A stretch of DNA of 64,000 bases from an uncultured Dehalococcoidia bacterium (GTDB lineage: Bacteria; Chloroflexota; Dehalococcoidia; Lucifugimonadales; UBA1123). Each line of letters opens with the position of its first letter. The first letter of the stretch is position 1. The notes under the pieces were generated by a model that was not told the origin of the DNA, did not search any database, and saw only the letters and a program-made list of their open reading frames with translations. This document shows, piece by piece, positions 28,712 through 37,227 of this stretch. Location of the stretch: positions 857,273 through 921,272 of the forward strand of contig CATOSI010000001.1 of assembly GCA_951812505.1 (NCBI GenBank). The letters are read 5' to 3'. Position numbers and translations under genes: made by a program.

Positions 28712-29386
28712 CTAGAATGCGACGATGTCTTCCGCTTCCCAGACGGCGTTTAATACATAGTCGGGACGCTCCGGCTCGATCTCCCACTTCCGGCCCAGAC
28801 TCATCCAGGCGGTCCGCATTCCCACTCCAGTCGCGCCCAGGATGTCATGTTCCGCGTTATCACCGACGAACACCGTTGACCCAGCCTCCGCGCCAATCAA
28901 TGCCAGAGCGCGCTCGAAGATAGCCGGATCAGGCTTCCACACGCCGAATTCCTCTGAAACGACGCACGCAGTAACCATGTCTGCTATTCCGGTCTTCCGC
29001 AGCTTGCCCCACTGGGTCTCGGTCCCGCCGTTGGTTACCACGCCCACGGTCACTCCCTTGTTTCGGAACCGCTTCAGCATGGCCCGGGTCTTCGGGTGAA
29101 GCCCCACCATCTCCGGCATCGCCCTGAAGTGCGCCTCTACCGCAGCGTCCACGCTGGGGAAACTGCCAAGCCACAAATCCAGCATCTCCCTGTATATATC
29201 GGGTATGGGAGCGTACCCTATGCCATATTTCGCCATACGAGAAACGAAGGCATCTCTGTCAGGGGGACGGTCGGTGGTTGGCAGCGTGTCGTACCAGTGG
29301 CCGAACAGTTTCTCGAACGCCTGCGAACGGTCTATGAGCGTATTGTCCAGGTCGAAAAGGACTGCTGTGATTGGGGTTCGGAACAT
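28712..29386 (-). CDS. HAD-superfamily hydrolase
   Basis: DLDNTL motif I, VVTNG motif II, VGDNAEHDILGA motif IV. Confidence 0.8.
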   Translation of the reverse strand: MFRTPITAVLFDLDNTLIDRSQAFEKLFGHWYDTLPTTDRPPDRDAFVSRMAKYGIGYAPIPDIYREMLDLWLGSFPSVDAAVEAHFRAMPEMVGLHPKTRAMLKRFRNKGVTVGVVTNGGTETQWGKLRKTGIADMVTACVVSEEFGVWKPDPAIFERALALIGAEAGSTVFVGDNAEHDILGATGVGMRTAWMSLGRKWEIEPERPDYVLNAVWEAEDIVAF

Positions 29387-29415
29387 TAAAGTGCCTTCGG
29401 TAGCCTTAAGGACAC

Positions 29416-29766
29416 CTAGAAGAAGTCTTCAGGCAGCCAAGCGCGCTTGAATATCCCAAAACGTGTCGCGGCCGTGTTCGAGGATGCCTCCACGGAGACC
29501 AGTTCCCAGCCCGCATCGCCCATCCGGTTGAGCAGTTCGGTGTTGTACTTCACTGCGTCAACCCTGCTGTTGAGTTTGATGACCTCGTACTCCCAAATCG
29601 GCAGACTGGGTTCATAGTCGAAGCCGTCAACGTAGTCGAGCTGGACAAGGTCCTCTCCCGACACCTCAGCCCACCCGTCCTCTGGAAGCGACGAGTCGCA
29701 TATATCGCACTTGGTCGCGGGATCGAGCGAATACTCGCCGCACTCGGAACAGAATATTATGCGCAT
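29416..29766 (-). CDS. zinc-ribbon + DUF4177-like small protein
   Basis: CSECG...CDIC ribbon, then WEYEVIKL...LNRMGDAGWELVSV, which resembles DUF4177. The start at M14 of the ORF is assumed. Confidence 0.5.
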   Translation of the reverse strand: MRIIFCSECGEYSLDPATKCDICDSSLPEDGWAEVSGEDLVQLDYVDGFDYEPSLPIWEYEVIKLNSRVDAVKYNTELLNRMGDAGWELVSVEASSNTAATRFGIFKRAWLPEDFF

Positions 29767-29852
29767 CTTAACCCTGCCGGATCTCTCACTATGGTATCCG
29801 TGCAAATTCTCACAGTATATTTTACACGTATGGAGTCATTTCAGATAGGCGA

Positions 29853-29880
29853 GGAAGGCTGAGCCTTCACCCGTATTTTG
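29853..29880 (+). repeat. family D hairpin repeat, copy 1
   Basis: GGAAGGCTGAGCCTTCACCCGTATTTTG, immediately upstream of the long family A copy. Confidence 0.8.
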
Positions 29881-29887
29881 GAATTGT

Positions 29888-29960
29888 ACCGTTTCCATAT
29901 GTTTCCGATGTATAGCAACCAGCCCCACCCCTGGATTCCCGCCTTCGCGGGAATGACGAG
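29888..29960 (+). repeat. family A repeat, long form, copy 5
   Basis: ACCGTTTCCATATGTTTCCGATGTATAGCAACCAGCCCCACCCCTGGATTCCCGCCTTCGCGGGAATGACGAG. Confidence 0.9.
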
Positions 29961-30040
29961 ACGTGGTTCGGAATCCCGGAATCGGGTCTCTGCGCAAGCC
30001 CTGATTTTGCGACGCCGGTTATCGCGCTCCGAACGGGTCT

Positions 30041-31276
30041 TCAATCGTCGCCACTAATCAGAAACCACACCGCGATTGCCGACAGGAACGCGATTCCGCT
30101 GAACCCGATCCCCCATGCCAGCCTGCCCTCGAAGACATCCAGAATACCACCGATGAACACCGGCCCCAGGGTTCCACCCATGAATCCAAGGAACGCCTGG
30201 ACCGCCATGGTCGAACCCAGTCTTCCGGGAGGCGCGATCTCGGTGAGCGCCGTTGAGTATATGGACGAGTCCGCCGATATCGCCCATCCAAGTACGCAGG
30301 CAAGAAGGACGATCAGCACCCACGGCGCGGCGATCATCCACCCAATGACAAGGCTGCACACCCCGCTGAGAATGAAAATGCCACCCGCGCTGGCGGCCCG
30401 TCCGAATCTGTCCGAAATAGCCCCGCCCATCACCGGACCGACCGACCCCACTCCTAGCGCGATGCCGCCGACGGTGGCGGCGGTAATCGCCGCTCTCTCC
30501 ACATCCGTTCCACGGTAAACGAGCGCTGCCGCAAGAAGCGCCGGCAGCCATACTCTAACCGCGTACAACTCCATCGCGTGCAGAGAGTAGCCTATGATGA
30601 ACTTGCGTGGACGCGGGTCCGAAAGAACGCTGAGATGCAGCCTGCCACCTGTGCCGGAATCGGGGCCATGAGAGCTTCTGACCAGAATAAGGACTAAAGG
30701 AATGGTAATAATGGAGACAAGTGAAAGGGCGAGATACGCTGTGCGCCAGTCCAGGTGATTCATCAGGCCGCCGGTGGCGAGCAGCGATACCGCGTTCGCG
30801 GTATAGAACGCGGTCACGTACAGGCCCATCGCAGTTCCACGTCCAGAATCGGGGAATTCCTGTGCGATGATCCGCAGGCCGGGCATGTATATTCCCACCA
30901 GCCCAATTCCGGCGATGAATCTCAGCGCGGATGCGACAATCGGGTCGAAGGCGGCAATCGGAAACAACACGTTCCCCACCACAGTCACCAGGGCAGAGGC
31001 GAGGAACACGCGTCGCGTCGGCAATCTGTCGGTTAGTGGCAGCACAAGAAGCGCCGACAGAGCGTACCCTGCCAGGTACGCCGAGAAGATCACGCCGGCG
31101 CTGGTATTACTTATTCCCCATTCACTCTGGATTATCGGCAGAGCGGCAACATAGCTGGAAAACGGCAACAGCGCCATCAGGAGCATGACGCACATTGCCA
31201 GCAGCCACCCTATCCGCCGTGCATTTCTCGCCCCGCCACTGGATGGAATGAGTTTCTTCAACCGGCCGCTAACCAT
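30041..31276 (-). CDS. MFS transporter
   Basis: About 12 TM segments and an MFS loop LTDRLPTRRV. Confidence 0.8.
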   Translation of the reverse strand: MVSGRLKKLIPSSGGARNARRIGWLLAMCVMLLMALLPFSSYVAALPIIQSEWGISNTSAGVIFSAYLAGYALSALLVLPLTDRLPTRRVFLASALVTVVGNVLFPIAAFDPIVASALRFIAGIGLVGIYMPGLRIIAQEFPDSGRGTAMGLYVTAFYTANAVSLLATGGLMNHLDWRTAYLALSLVSIITIPLVLILVRSSHGPDSGTGGRLHLSVLSDPRPRKFIIGYSLHAMELYAVRVWLPALLAAALVYRGTDVERAAITAATVGGIALGVGSVGPVMGGAISDRFGRAASAGGIFILSGVCSLVIGWMIAAPWVLIVLLACVLGWAISADSSIYSTALTEIAPPGRLGSTMAVQAFLGFMGGTLGPVFIGGILDVFEGRLAWGIGFSGIAFLSAIAVWFLISGDD

Positions 31277-31296
31277 GAGTACCGCCCCGGCGCTGG

Positions 31297-31971
31297 CTAT
31301 CGAATAATGGACAGAAGCTGTCGGGCAGCGGTGTCAGTATGGTCGGCCCCCGGAAGGGACAGAACTTGCTCCAGGTCCGCTTCCGCCCTGATCCAGTCTC
31401 CAAGGGCCAGATATGTCTGAGCGCGAATCAGAAGCAGTTCCGTATTCTCAGGTTCGAGCGTCAGAGCGACATCAAGGTCCGCGAGAGCGGATTCCCCGTC
31501 CGACATTTCCAGATAGATCCTCCCACGGTTGACATAGGCTTCAGTCATCTCAGGAGCCAGTTCGACGGCCCGCGTGAATTCCAGAATCGCCTGCTCCCGA
31601 ATCCCGTTAATTGCAAACACGACGCCTTTGTAGTTGTGCGCCAGCGCGTAATCGGGATCAATCGCCAGCGCTCTGTTAATGTCGGCGAGGCCACCCCTTA
31701 CATTCTCCAGGGCAAGCAGGACGTATCCCCGCCTCGCATACGCCTCCGCGTCTTGCGGGTCGCTCTGAATTACGGCGTCGAAGACATCGTAGGCCTGCTC
31801 CAGGTGCCCGTCCTCGAGAAGACGGACCCCCCTATCAATCTCCAGCGCCGGATCCACCGGATCATCATCGTCTCCCCCGCACGCGCCGAGCAGAAGGGTT
31901 AAGATAGCGACGGCGATGAAGAAAGGCATCCCGTAGGGCCGAGAATTCGCGCCGACCGATTCACTAGTCAT
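31297..31971 (-). CDS. TPR-repeat lipoprotein
   Basis: Lipobox LLGAC after a hydrophobic N-terminus. Repeated A..Y..RG......A..D...AL motifs. Confidence 0.7.
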   Translation of the reverse strand: MTSESVGANSRPYGMPFFIAVAILTLLLGACGGDDDDPVDPALEIDRGVRLLEDGHLEQAYDVFDAVIQSDPQDAEAYARRGYVLLALENVRGGLADINRALAIDPDYALAHNYKGVVFAINGIREQAILEFTRAVELAPEMTEAYVNRGRIYLEMSDGESALADLDVALTLEPENTELLLIRAQTYLALGDWIRAEADLEQVLSLPGADHTDTAARQLLSIIR

Positions 31972-32407
31972 CAGGCGCTAGCCTTCCCCAGGAAGATACT
32001 CTCACCGGAGTAATGCGTATTACCGGCGCGTCGTCGGGCAGCAGGCTCACATATTGCGAATACTTGACTCTTAGCGCGTCAATCGCGCCCGTCCTCTCCT
32101 GTTCCAACATATCGAGTGTCGCGCTGCCGGCGATCATCACGTATCCCAATCTCTCCCAGTCCTCTTCATATCTGTCCACGAGGAATGACACTCGCGGATT
32201 CGCTCTGATATTTCTGACGCGCCTCAGCCTCAGATGCGCTACGGACTTGGGCTTCGAGTCCAGTCCGATGTAGATCCCCCCATCCAGCAACTCGAAGCAC
32301 ACGGGCACAACGTTCGGCTGCCCATCCCCGGAGGCGGTCCCGAGTCTTGCGACCCGCGCTCGCTTCACGAAATGCTCCTCATCCGCTGTCAGGACAGCGC
32401 GCGGCAT
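31964..32407 (-). CDS. pyridoxamine 5'-phosphate oxidase-family (FMN/F420-binding split-barrel) protein
   Basis: About 147 aa with ARLGT....G.P.VVPVCF and RNIRANPRVS motifs. Confidence 0.65.
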   Translation of the reverse strand: MPRAVLTADEEHFVKRARVARLGTASGDGQPNVVPVCFELLDGGIYIGLDSKPKSVAHLRLRRVRNIRANPRVSFLVDRYEEDWERLGYVMIAGSATLDMLEQERTGAIDALRVKYSQYVSLLPDDAPVIRITPVRVSSWGRLAPDD

Positions 32408-32413
32408 TTGTCC

Positions 32414-33217
32414 CTACTCCGGCTGCCAGATCCGGCGGTCGTCAGAGCGAACGAAACGCCCATACCCCGGATGCGGGAAATGGCCCGATGCGACCAATGT
32501 GCCCTCGTCCTCCAGTTTGTCCAATACAGAGTGCCTGGTCTGACGGGCCAGGTCGGGGTCGGTATCGAAGACGGGACTCCAGTCGGTGTACTGTGCCTGC
32601 GCGGGCGTGTGCGCTACGTCGCCAAGAATGAAGGCTCTCTCGCCACCCGACGCGACGGCAATAGAGATATGACCGGGAGTGTGCCCAGGCGTGGGGAGCG
32701 TGGTCAATTCGTTCGTTACGCTGTACTCGCCATCTATCAGGTCGAGCACGTTGAGACTCTCCAGCGGAACCATCTGGGCGTCAACGTGAGGCGCCTGGGC
32801 GCGGACTTCGGGCTGAGTCCAGTGGTCCCAATCTGTCTTGGTCACAAGGTAGCGCGCATTCGGAAATGTCGGGCTGCCGTCGGACAGGTTCCAGCCAACG
32901 TGGTCGGGATGAATGTGTGTCAGCACTACCAGGTCAACCGCCTCACGCTCTATGCCGTTCGCCTCCATGTCGCTGAGCAACGTCGCGTCCGGTCCACCCA
33001 GTCCGGTGTCAACCAGTACCAGCCTGCCTCCCGAACTCACGGCGAACGAGCCGAAGCGGGGGTGAATCTGACCGGCGTCGTCCACGAGGCCCGGGTACTC
33101 CGACCTCCAGGTTTCTATGTCACTCGCAGGGAACGTCTCCGTCGGATTCATGTCACCCTGGCCGTCCGACACTGACACTATCTCTACATTGCCCACCGTC
33201 AGCCTGACTCCTGCCAT
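32414..33217 (-). CDS. MBL-fold metallo-hydrolase
   Basis: THIHPDHVGW (HxHxDH) motif. Confidence 0.8.
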   Translation of the reverse strand: MAGVRLTVGNVEIVSVSDGQGDMNPTETFPASDIETWRSEYPGLVDDAGQIHPRFGSFAVSSGGRLVLVDTGLGGPDATLLSDMEANGIEREAVDLVVLTHIHPDHVGWNLSDGSPTFPNARYLVTKTDWDHWTQPEVRAQAPHVDAQMVPLESLNVLDLIDGEYSVTNELTTLPTPGHTPGHISIAVASGGERAFILGDVAHTPAQAQYTDWSPVFDTDPDLARQTRHSVLDKLEDEGTLVASGHFPHPGYGRFVRSDDRRIWQPE

Positions 33218-33427
33218 CTTAACCTCCCATATTTAGGGGCGAATTCAGTTGACAGCCATTCTAACACGCTACCCATAATCGCAGGTTCGAGTCACTCCCG
33301 AACGATGACTGGATGGCGTCCGAGACGAATCCAAGTAAGAGCCCCGCCCTGTGATACAATTCGCCCCCAAAGCTAAATCCGTAACTGAAAACCGGAATTC
33401 GAAGAGCTTGTTCATGAGGAGTGGCCA

Positions 33428-34858
33428 ATGAGCGACCGAAGCGCGGACTACATCATCAGAGGCGGCCTGGTCGTTCGCGGCACAGGCATTACCCGCGAAG
33501 ACATCGTCGTGAAGGACGGCAAGATCAGCGCCAACCACGGCAACTACGGAGACGCCGACGCGGGCCGAATAATTGACGCCTCCGGCCTTTATGTCATGCC
33601 GGGAATAGTGGACGCCCACAACCACCCGGTGTATGCGGACCGTATCGAGACATTCTCGCTCAGCGCGGCTTTCGGCGGGATAACCACCGTCATCCCGTTC
33701 ATAGCCAACAGGCGGCGCGAGGGTGTCGAGGGCACCGTCTCGGACATGATCCGCGAGTTCAAGGAAGAGGCGGCGGACACCTCGTATCTCGACTATGCGA
33801 TCCACGCTATCCTGCTCGGAGACGACGACGTGGAGGAACAGGTGCCGGAGATGATGGACATGGGGGTCATCTCTTTCAAGATGTACATGACCTATCCCAG
33901 ACGCGGCATGATGATGCCCGACGACCGTATGCTCAAGGCGATGGAACTGGCGTCGGAGCGAGGCGGCATAGCGATGGTTCACGCCGAGAACGGCTACTGC
34001 ATTGATTACCTCGTGGACCAAGCAATCGAGGCAGGTAACACAGGGCGCGAGCACTACGCTCCGTCGCAGCCGCGCGTCCTGGAGATCGAGGCGGCCAATC
34101 GCGCCGCGACATACGCCCAGGTGACGGACTGCCCGCTCTACATAGTCCACCTGTCAGCCAGGGAGATGATTCCGGTCCTGGAACGCTTCAGGGGCGAGGA
34201 CATGAACCTGTTCGGCGAGACCTGCCCACAGTACCTCGACCTCACCAACCAGAAGATGCTCGACTTCGGAGCGCTCGCCAAGATCGGCCCTCCACTGCGC
34301 GAGCGCGAGGACAACGAGGCGATGTGGACCGGTCTGTCATCCCACTTGATAGACACCATAGCGAGCGACTTCTGCGGGCACAAGAAGTCGCAGAAGGCCT
34401 CATATGACCACGAGACCGACCCGGATGAAGAAGGCTCTATCTTCGACGCGACGTTTGGCGGCAACTGGGCGGAGCAGATGCTCTGCGTCGCCTACCACGA
34501 GGGCGTGAACATGGGCCGGATCACCTTGCCTCGTCTCGTCCAGGTGATGTGCGAGAACCCGGCCAAGATATTCGGCCTCTACCCACAGAAGGGCTCGCTC
34601 GACCCGGGTTCGGACGCCGACATCGTGCTGTTCGATCCGTCCGTTCGGCACACACTCTCAGCCGAGGCGCAACACTGCATCGCGGACTTCACCATGTTCG
34701 AGGGCAAGCAGGTGACCGGACAGCCCGTCATGACGATGCAGCGCGGCGAGATAATCGTCGAGAACGGCATAATGCAGCGACCGAAGGGCCGGGCCAACTT
34801 CCTGGCCGGGAACCCAGACCTCGCGGCCTACGCTCCCTCCGGCCACAAGGTTATGTAG
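33428..34858 (+). CDS. cyclic amidohydrolase (dihydropyrimidinase / hydantoinase-like)
   Basis: GIVDAHNHP metal site, ISFKMYMTY carboxylated-lysine context, MVHAENG and GSDADIVLFD motifs. RBS GAGGAG. Confidence 0.8.
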   Translation: MSDRSADYIIRGGLVVRGTGITREDIVVKDGKISANHGNYGDADAGRIIDASGLYVMPGIVDAHNHPVYADRIETFSLSAAFGGITTVIPFIANRRREGVEGTVSDMIREFKEEAADTSYLDYAIHAILLGDDDVEEQVPEMMDMGVISFKMYMTYPRRGMMMPDDRMLKAMELASERGGIAMVHAENGYCIDYLVDQAIEAGNTGREHYAPSQPRVLEIEAANRAATYAQVTDCPLYIVHLSAREMIPVLERFRGEDMNLFGETCPQYLDLTNQKMLDFGALAKIGPPLREREDNEAMWTGLSSHLIDTIASDFCGHKKSQKASYDHETDPDEEGSIFDATFGGNWAEQMLCVAYHEGVNMGRITLPRLVQVMCENPAKIFGLYPQKGSLDPGSDADIVLFDPSVRHTLSAEAQHCIADFTMFEGKQVTGQPVMTMQRGEIIVENGIMQRPKGRANFLAGNPDLAAYAPSGHKVM

Positions 34859-34906
34859 GGAATCGCCGGTGTGGGGTTCCTCAGGGCCAAGGTTATAGGA
34901 TTCGCG

Positions 34907-34948
34907 GTTTCACCCCGATTCTAACCTTCCCTTGTCAAGGGGGAAGGA
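34907..34948 (+). repeat. family C hairpin repeat, copy 2
   Basis: GGTTTCACCCCGATTCTAACCTTCCCTTGTCAAGGGGGAAGG. Confidence 0.8.
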
Positions 34949-34964
34949 ACTTTGGCGTGGGCGG

Positions 34965-35843
34965 TCAGGGATCTTCTTCGGAGGGGTTGGTGAGTCCCAT
35001 CAACTCGGCGCGCATCTGGAGACCGCGCAGGGCTTGTTCCTTGATTCGCTCTGTGTCCTCTTCGCTGAACTTGGGAAACTCGATGCCGTAGTAGGGACAT
35101 TCCTCGTTTTCGGGACAGGGGATGTCTCTGCCTTCATCTTCGGCTATGGCGCAGGGACAGTCGTCCAGAGGATCGTCGCTGTCCACTATGTCCAGGATGT
35201 TCTGGGGGAGCAGCTGTCTGAGCGGACTCTGTTCCTCGTAGGCTTCCACCGCTTCGGAGAGGTACTCAGAGACAGTGGGAGTCAGAGTCAGGGTGGGATG
35301 GGCCTGGGGCTCAGGGGCGACGGGCGCAAGTTGGGCGCCATCGGCCTGGGACTGAGACTCAGGGACGGGTTCGGGCCATGCAGAGACAGGGCCGAAGCCA
35401 CGCAGCAGAAGTTCCTTGCCTGCGGCTATGCGGTGGTGGGGCTTGAAGTCCTCGTCGTTCCTCAGACCTTCCATCACTTCGGAGTACATCTCGATGACGG
35501 TCCTGCCGTCCTGAGTGAGTTCTCTTGCGTACTGTGCGAGTTCTTCTCGCGCCTGCAGAATCTCAGGGGAGATTTCGTTGAGGTCAGTGGACGGTCGCCC
35601 GGTCTTGCGTCGCTTTGTAGGAGTGGCGTTGGCGTCTATGTAGTCCTGGAACTCGGTGAGGCCGATCTTGACGAGTTCTTTGGCCGAGTCCATGCGGTGG
35701 TTGGGCTGGAAGCCTTCGTGTTGGAGTTCGCCTTCGACGACCTGTCTGAAGAAGCGGACGATGGATCGTCCGCCGTCTGTTTCCTCGCGTACGATTCTGG
35801 CGAGTTGTTCCTGTGGAGTTAGGATGTCGGTGTCAGTGGTCAA
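34965..35843 (-). CDS. hypothetical protein with internal ~60-aa duplication and Cys-rich C-terminal half
   Basis: 292-codon ORF with an acidic composition. Repeats at residues about 9-63 and 92-150. TTG start without a visible RBS, so the start is uncertain. Confidence 0.5.
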   Translation of the reverse strand: MTTDTDILTPQEQLARIVREETDGGRSIVRFFRQVVEGELQHEGFQPNHRMDSAKELVKIGLTEFQDYIDANATPTKRRKTGRPSTDLNEISPEILQAREELAQYARELTQDGRTVIEMYSEVMEGLRNDEDFKPHHRIAAGKELLLRGFGPVSAWPEPVPESQSQADGAQLAPVAPEPQAHPTLTLTPTVSEYLSEAVEAYEEQSPLRQLLPQNILDIVDSDDPLDDCPCAIAEDEGRDIPCPENEECPYYGIEFPKFSEEDTERIKEQALRGLQMRAELMGLTNPSEEDP

Positions 35844-35987
35844 TTATCAGTTCTCAATTTTCAATTATGAATTGTGCGTATGTATGTTCTTATCGAGTAG
35901 TGTACATAAGTTCTGAGGGAATGTAAAGGGCAATTTTGGATGCTGTACCAATTAGTCGATATATCAGAAGGCGTATCGGTTCTGAAC

Positions 35988-36028
35988 CCACCCCGCCCCT
36001 GGATTCCGGTTTTCACGGGATGACAGAC
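35988..36028 (+). repeat. family A repeat, degenerate copy 6
   Basis: CCACCCCGCCCCTGGATTCCGGTTTTCACGGGATGACAGAC. Confidence 0.65.
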
Positions 36029-36145
36029 GGACGGCCCACCGACCAGATTGATACAGGTTCGCAATTTAGTTGGCTTACTGCACAAGGGTATCGGGAATGC
36101 TCTATAATTCCGCATATAGGTAAATGTAAATTCAGGAGACGCGCC

Positions 36146-37204
36146 TTGACCATAGCACAGGAAAACATTCGACTTACCGAACTCGCAAGCTGCGCGGGTT
36201 GAGCGTCCAAGTTCAGCCCCGAGGACCTGGGACAGGTCCTGAGCCAACTTCCCCCGGTCACCGACCCGAACCTTCTGGTCGGCGTCAACACCGGCGACGA
36301 TGCCGCGGTCTATCGCATGGACGACGACACCGCGCTCATTCAAACTGTGGACTTCTTCCCACCCATCGTGGACGATCCCTACTCGTTCGGACAGATCGCG
36401 GTAGCCAACGCCCTGAGCGACGTTTACGCGATGGGAGGCAAACCGCTGACCGCGCTGAACATCGTCGGCTTCCCGGTCGCGCTCCCGAAGGAGATTCTGG
36501 GCAGCATCCTCGTCGGCGGCTCGGACAAGGCGCAAGAAGCGGGAGTGCTGATAGTCGGCGGGCACACGGTTGACGACGAAGAGCCCAAGTACGGACTGTC
36601 GGTAACGGGAATCGTGCGCCCTGGGGACGAGGTAACCAACGCAGGTGCGCAGCCCGGCGACAATCTGGTCCTGACCAAGCCCATCGGCACCGGAGTAATA
36701 ACCACCGCAGCCAAGCAGGGCGTAGCGCCTGAAGACGTTCTCAAAACCGCTGTGGGCATCATGAGCCAGTTGAACCTTGCCGCTTCCCACGCGATGAACG
36801 AGGTCGGCGCGCACGCCTGCGTGGATGTAACCGGCTTCGGACTCCTCGGCCATCTCAGGGGCATGACCCGTGCCAGCGGCGTCGGCGCGTCCCTGTCTTT
36901 CGACTCGATACCCTTCATTCCAGGCGCGTCAGAACTCGCCGAAAGCGGCGTGGCGCCGGGCGGAACCCACCGCAACCTGGACTCGCTGGAAGCCGACGTC
37001 GCCTGGGACGACTCCATAACCGACGTACAGAAGATACTGCTGGCGGACGCGCAGACATCGGGCGGCCTTCTCATATCGGTCTCTGAAGACTCAACCGCCG
37101 CGCTGCTTTCATCCCTCGAAGAACACGGCGTACAGACACGGGCCGTCATAGGCTCGATAACGGATGAAGCGGACGCGCCCTCAATACACATAAGTAAGAA
37201 CTAG
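36146..37204 (+). CDS. selD: selenide, water dikinase (selenophosphate synthetase), Sec-containing; TGA 36200-36202 = Sec
   Basis: RBS GGAGAC, then TTG 36146. Translation LTIAQENIRLTELASCAG-U-ASKFSPEDL matches the SelD N-terminal (C/U)xK active-site loop. It is in frame with the called ORF 36317..37204 (DDPYSFGQIAVANALSDVYAMGG). Confidence 0.85.
36222..36240 (+). promoter_or_regulatory. candidate SECIS hairpin of selD
   Basis: 8-bp stem AGGACCTG / CAGGTCCT with loop GGA. The apical loop is about 28 nt after the UGA. Confidence 0.45.
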
Positions 37205-37227
37205 AGAATCCGAGGCAATAAACTTTC

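Noticed and set aside
29841-30044. 67-aa ORF containing LVIPAKAGIQGWGW
   Set aside because: The peptide is simply the translation of the family A/D repeat module. It has no RBS and is entirely repeat-derived.
33269-34150. 293-aa minus-strand ORF; similar long antisense ORFs at 20532..21437, 26115..26825, 27149..27826, 32234..33175, 34932..35822, 35861..36853, 36424..37191, 38059..38757, 43823..44728 and 60910..61617
   Set aside because: Each lies opposite a gene with clear family motifs. Their products are low-complexity and Arg/Gly/Val-rich without recognisable motifs. These are shadow ORFs, expected in GC-rich DNA.
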